DNA of 64,000 bases from Chlorokybus atmophyticus (lineage: Eukaryota; Plantae; Mesostigma and Chlorokybus algae), in NCBI GenBank assembly GCA_009103225.1, contig RHPI01003536.1, forward strand, positions 1 to 64,000, in the 5' to 3' direction. Below are positions 62,969-64,000 of the stretch, piece by piece. The notes under the pieces were generated by a model. It saw nothing but the letters and a program-made list of their open reading frames with translations. It was not told the origin of the DNA and did not search any database. Each line of letters begins with the position of its first letter. The stretch's first letter is position 1. Made by a program: the position numbers and the translations under genes.

Positions 62969-64000
62969 TCAACCGGTAAGCATGGTTGCAATCGAACCTG
63001 GAGTGTAGCAGTAGTGCGTGCCTGCCAACAACAGCAACTGTTATTGTGGTACAGGTCCGTCATGTGCGTGCGCATGTCAGCAGTGATGCGAGAGGCCAAC
63101 ACGAACACTACAAGTGCACGACTCACAATCGCAGCAGCCGGTCCACGCGTAATCGGACTGGTTGCCACTAATGCGCTTGCACGCCTGCAGATGCATGTCG
63201 TGCCGCTGCACCGTCAGGTCGTAAAGCGGCAGAAACAGCAGCCGATCAGAAGAAGAAGATGCGCGCATCACCATCTGAAAACAGAGGACATGTTGGGTGA
63301 CGCAGAGAGTTGACAAACACGCACGCACGCACGCACGCAAACACACCTCTTGTAGTATGCGGTCCTGCGTGGCCACGTGGTTTGTCTCCACCATGCGCGG
63401 TTCCATCCTCGCGCACGTGCAGTTGCTTCGGTGCGTTGGGTCGGACAGGTTCCACGCGCCCGAGTGCGGGAAGTGCTGCGCGCTGTACCCCACCAGATGA
63501 TTCATCATGGCATCATGCTTCGTGATGTGGTGTGGTGTTGTCTCTCACCTCATCCCTCTGATCACAGCGATCTTGCCCGCGCCGGGGGTGGTCACAAACT
63601 GTTCCAGCTGGGATTGGAGGCTGATCATGTCTACGGCAAACCTTTCGATGTCAAAACTCTGCGCACGAGCAGTCGTGCTTTGTTAGAAGTAAGTAGCTAC
63701 CTTCATTACCGGTAACCAGGCGGAACTATGGCTGCTTTGCTTTGCCATTGTACTCAGGCGGCTGAATGCATGCACACACGCATGCAGTGCGAGTGTGCGC
63801 GTGTGCGTGCGTGCGTGTATGTATACACACACGTACTGCGTAGTGTAGGCCGTAGTTGACGATGGCGATATCAGCCAAATCCAGAAATCTCGCCAGCACG
63901 TCCTTGTTGTAGTAATTCACGCGGGCAAACAAAAAGAGCGTGCCGTACCTCGGTGCCGCCACACCCTGTCATCAGAAAACAAGTGTGACTTCATCATGAC
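62969..64000 (-). CDS. TBL/PC-esterase O-acetyltransferase copy 2 (3' exons; 5' part lies beyond the window), possibly intact
   Basis: GTLFLFARVNYYNKDVLARFLDLADIAIVNYGLHY; KIAVIRGM|SAQHFPHSGAW; LFLPLYDLTVQRHDMH; GCCD|CTHYCYTPG* retains the DCxH catalytic motif. Confidence 0.75.

Noticed and set aside
1-64000. Assigning the organism (choanoflagellate vs green alga or other protist)
   Set aside because: TTAGGG telomeres, CA-rich introns, and TBL, GT61 and sulfotransferase genes are each compatible with several lineages. No diagnostic marker gene is present in the window.

Overview
This is a chromosome end of an intron-rich microbial eukaryote: (CCCTAA)n telomere at 1-46, GT-AG introns rich in CA/TG, and N gaps next to poly-G/C or (CA)n. 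I could not assign the organism. The window is a rearranged subtelomere with two kinds of content. (1) A duplicated set of glycan-tailoring genes: three heparan-sulfate-3-O-sulfotransferase-like paralogues (two look intact, one is broken), a GT61 glycosyltransferase fragment, and two inverted copies of a TBL/PC-esterase O-acetyltransferase. (2) Nested, decaying transposons: a CACTA transposase split by a second CACTA-like cargo element, two solo LTRs, three pogo/Tigger-family elements (one carrying a captured, intron-containing alcohol-dehydrogenase fragment) and a fragmented Academ(X)-type transposase (PHD, DDE, XPG-like and Cys8 domains). The most striking observation sits immediately downstream of the Academ transposase on the same strand, linked to it by intron-like segments: a spliced gene for a BED-like Zn finger, a Tudor domain and a phage/bacterial-type C5 cytosine DNA methyltransferase. 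This suggests a DNA transposon carrying its own chromatin-reader-fused methyltransferase. Several mobile elements and paralogues show lesions consistent with C>T/G>A decay. All family assignments come from motifs recognised by eye; no database searches were run.
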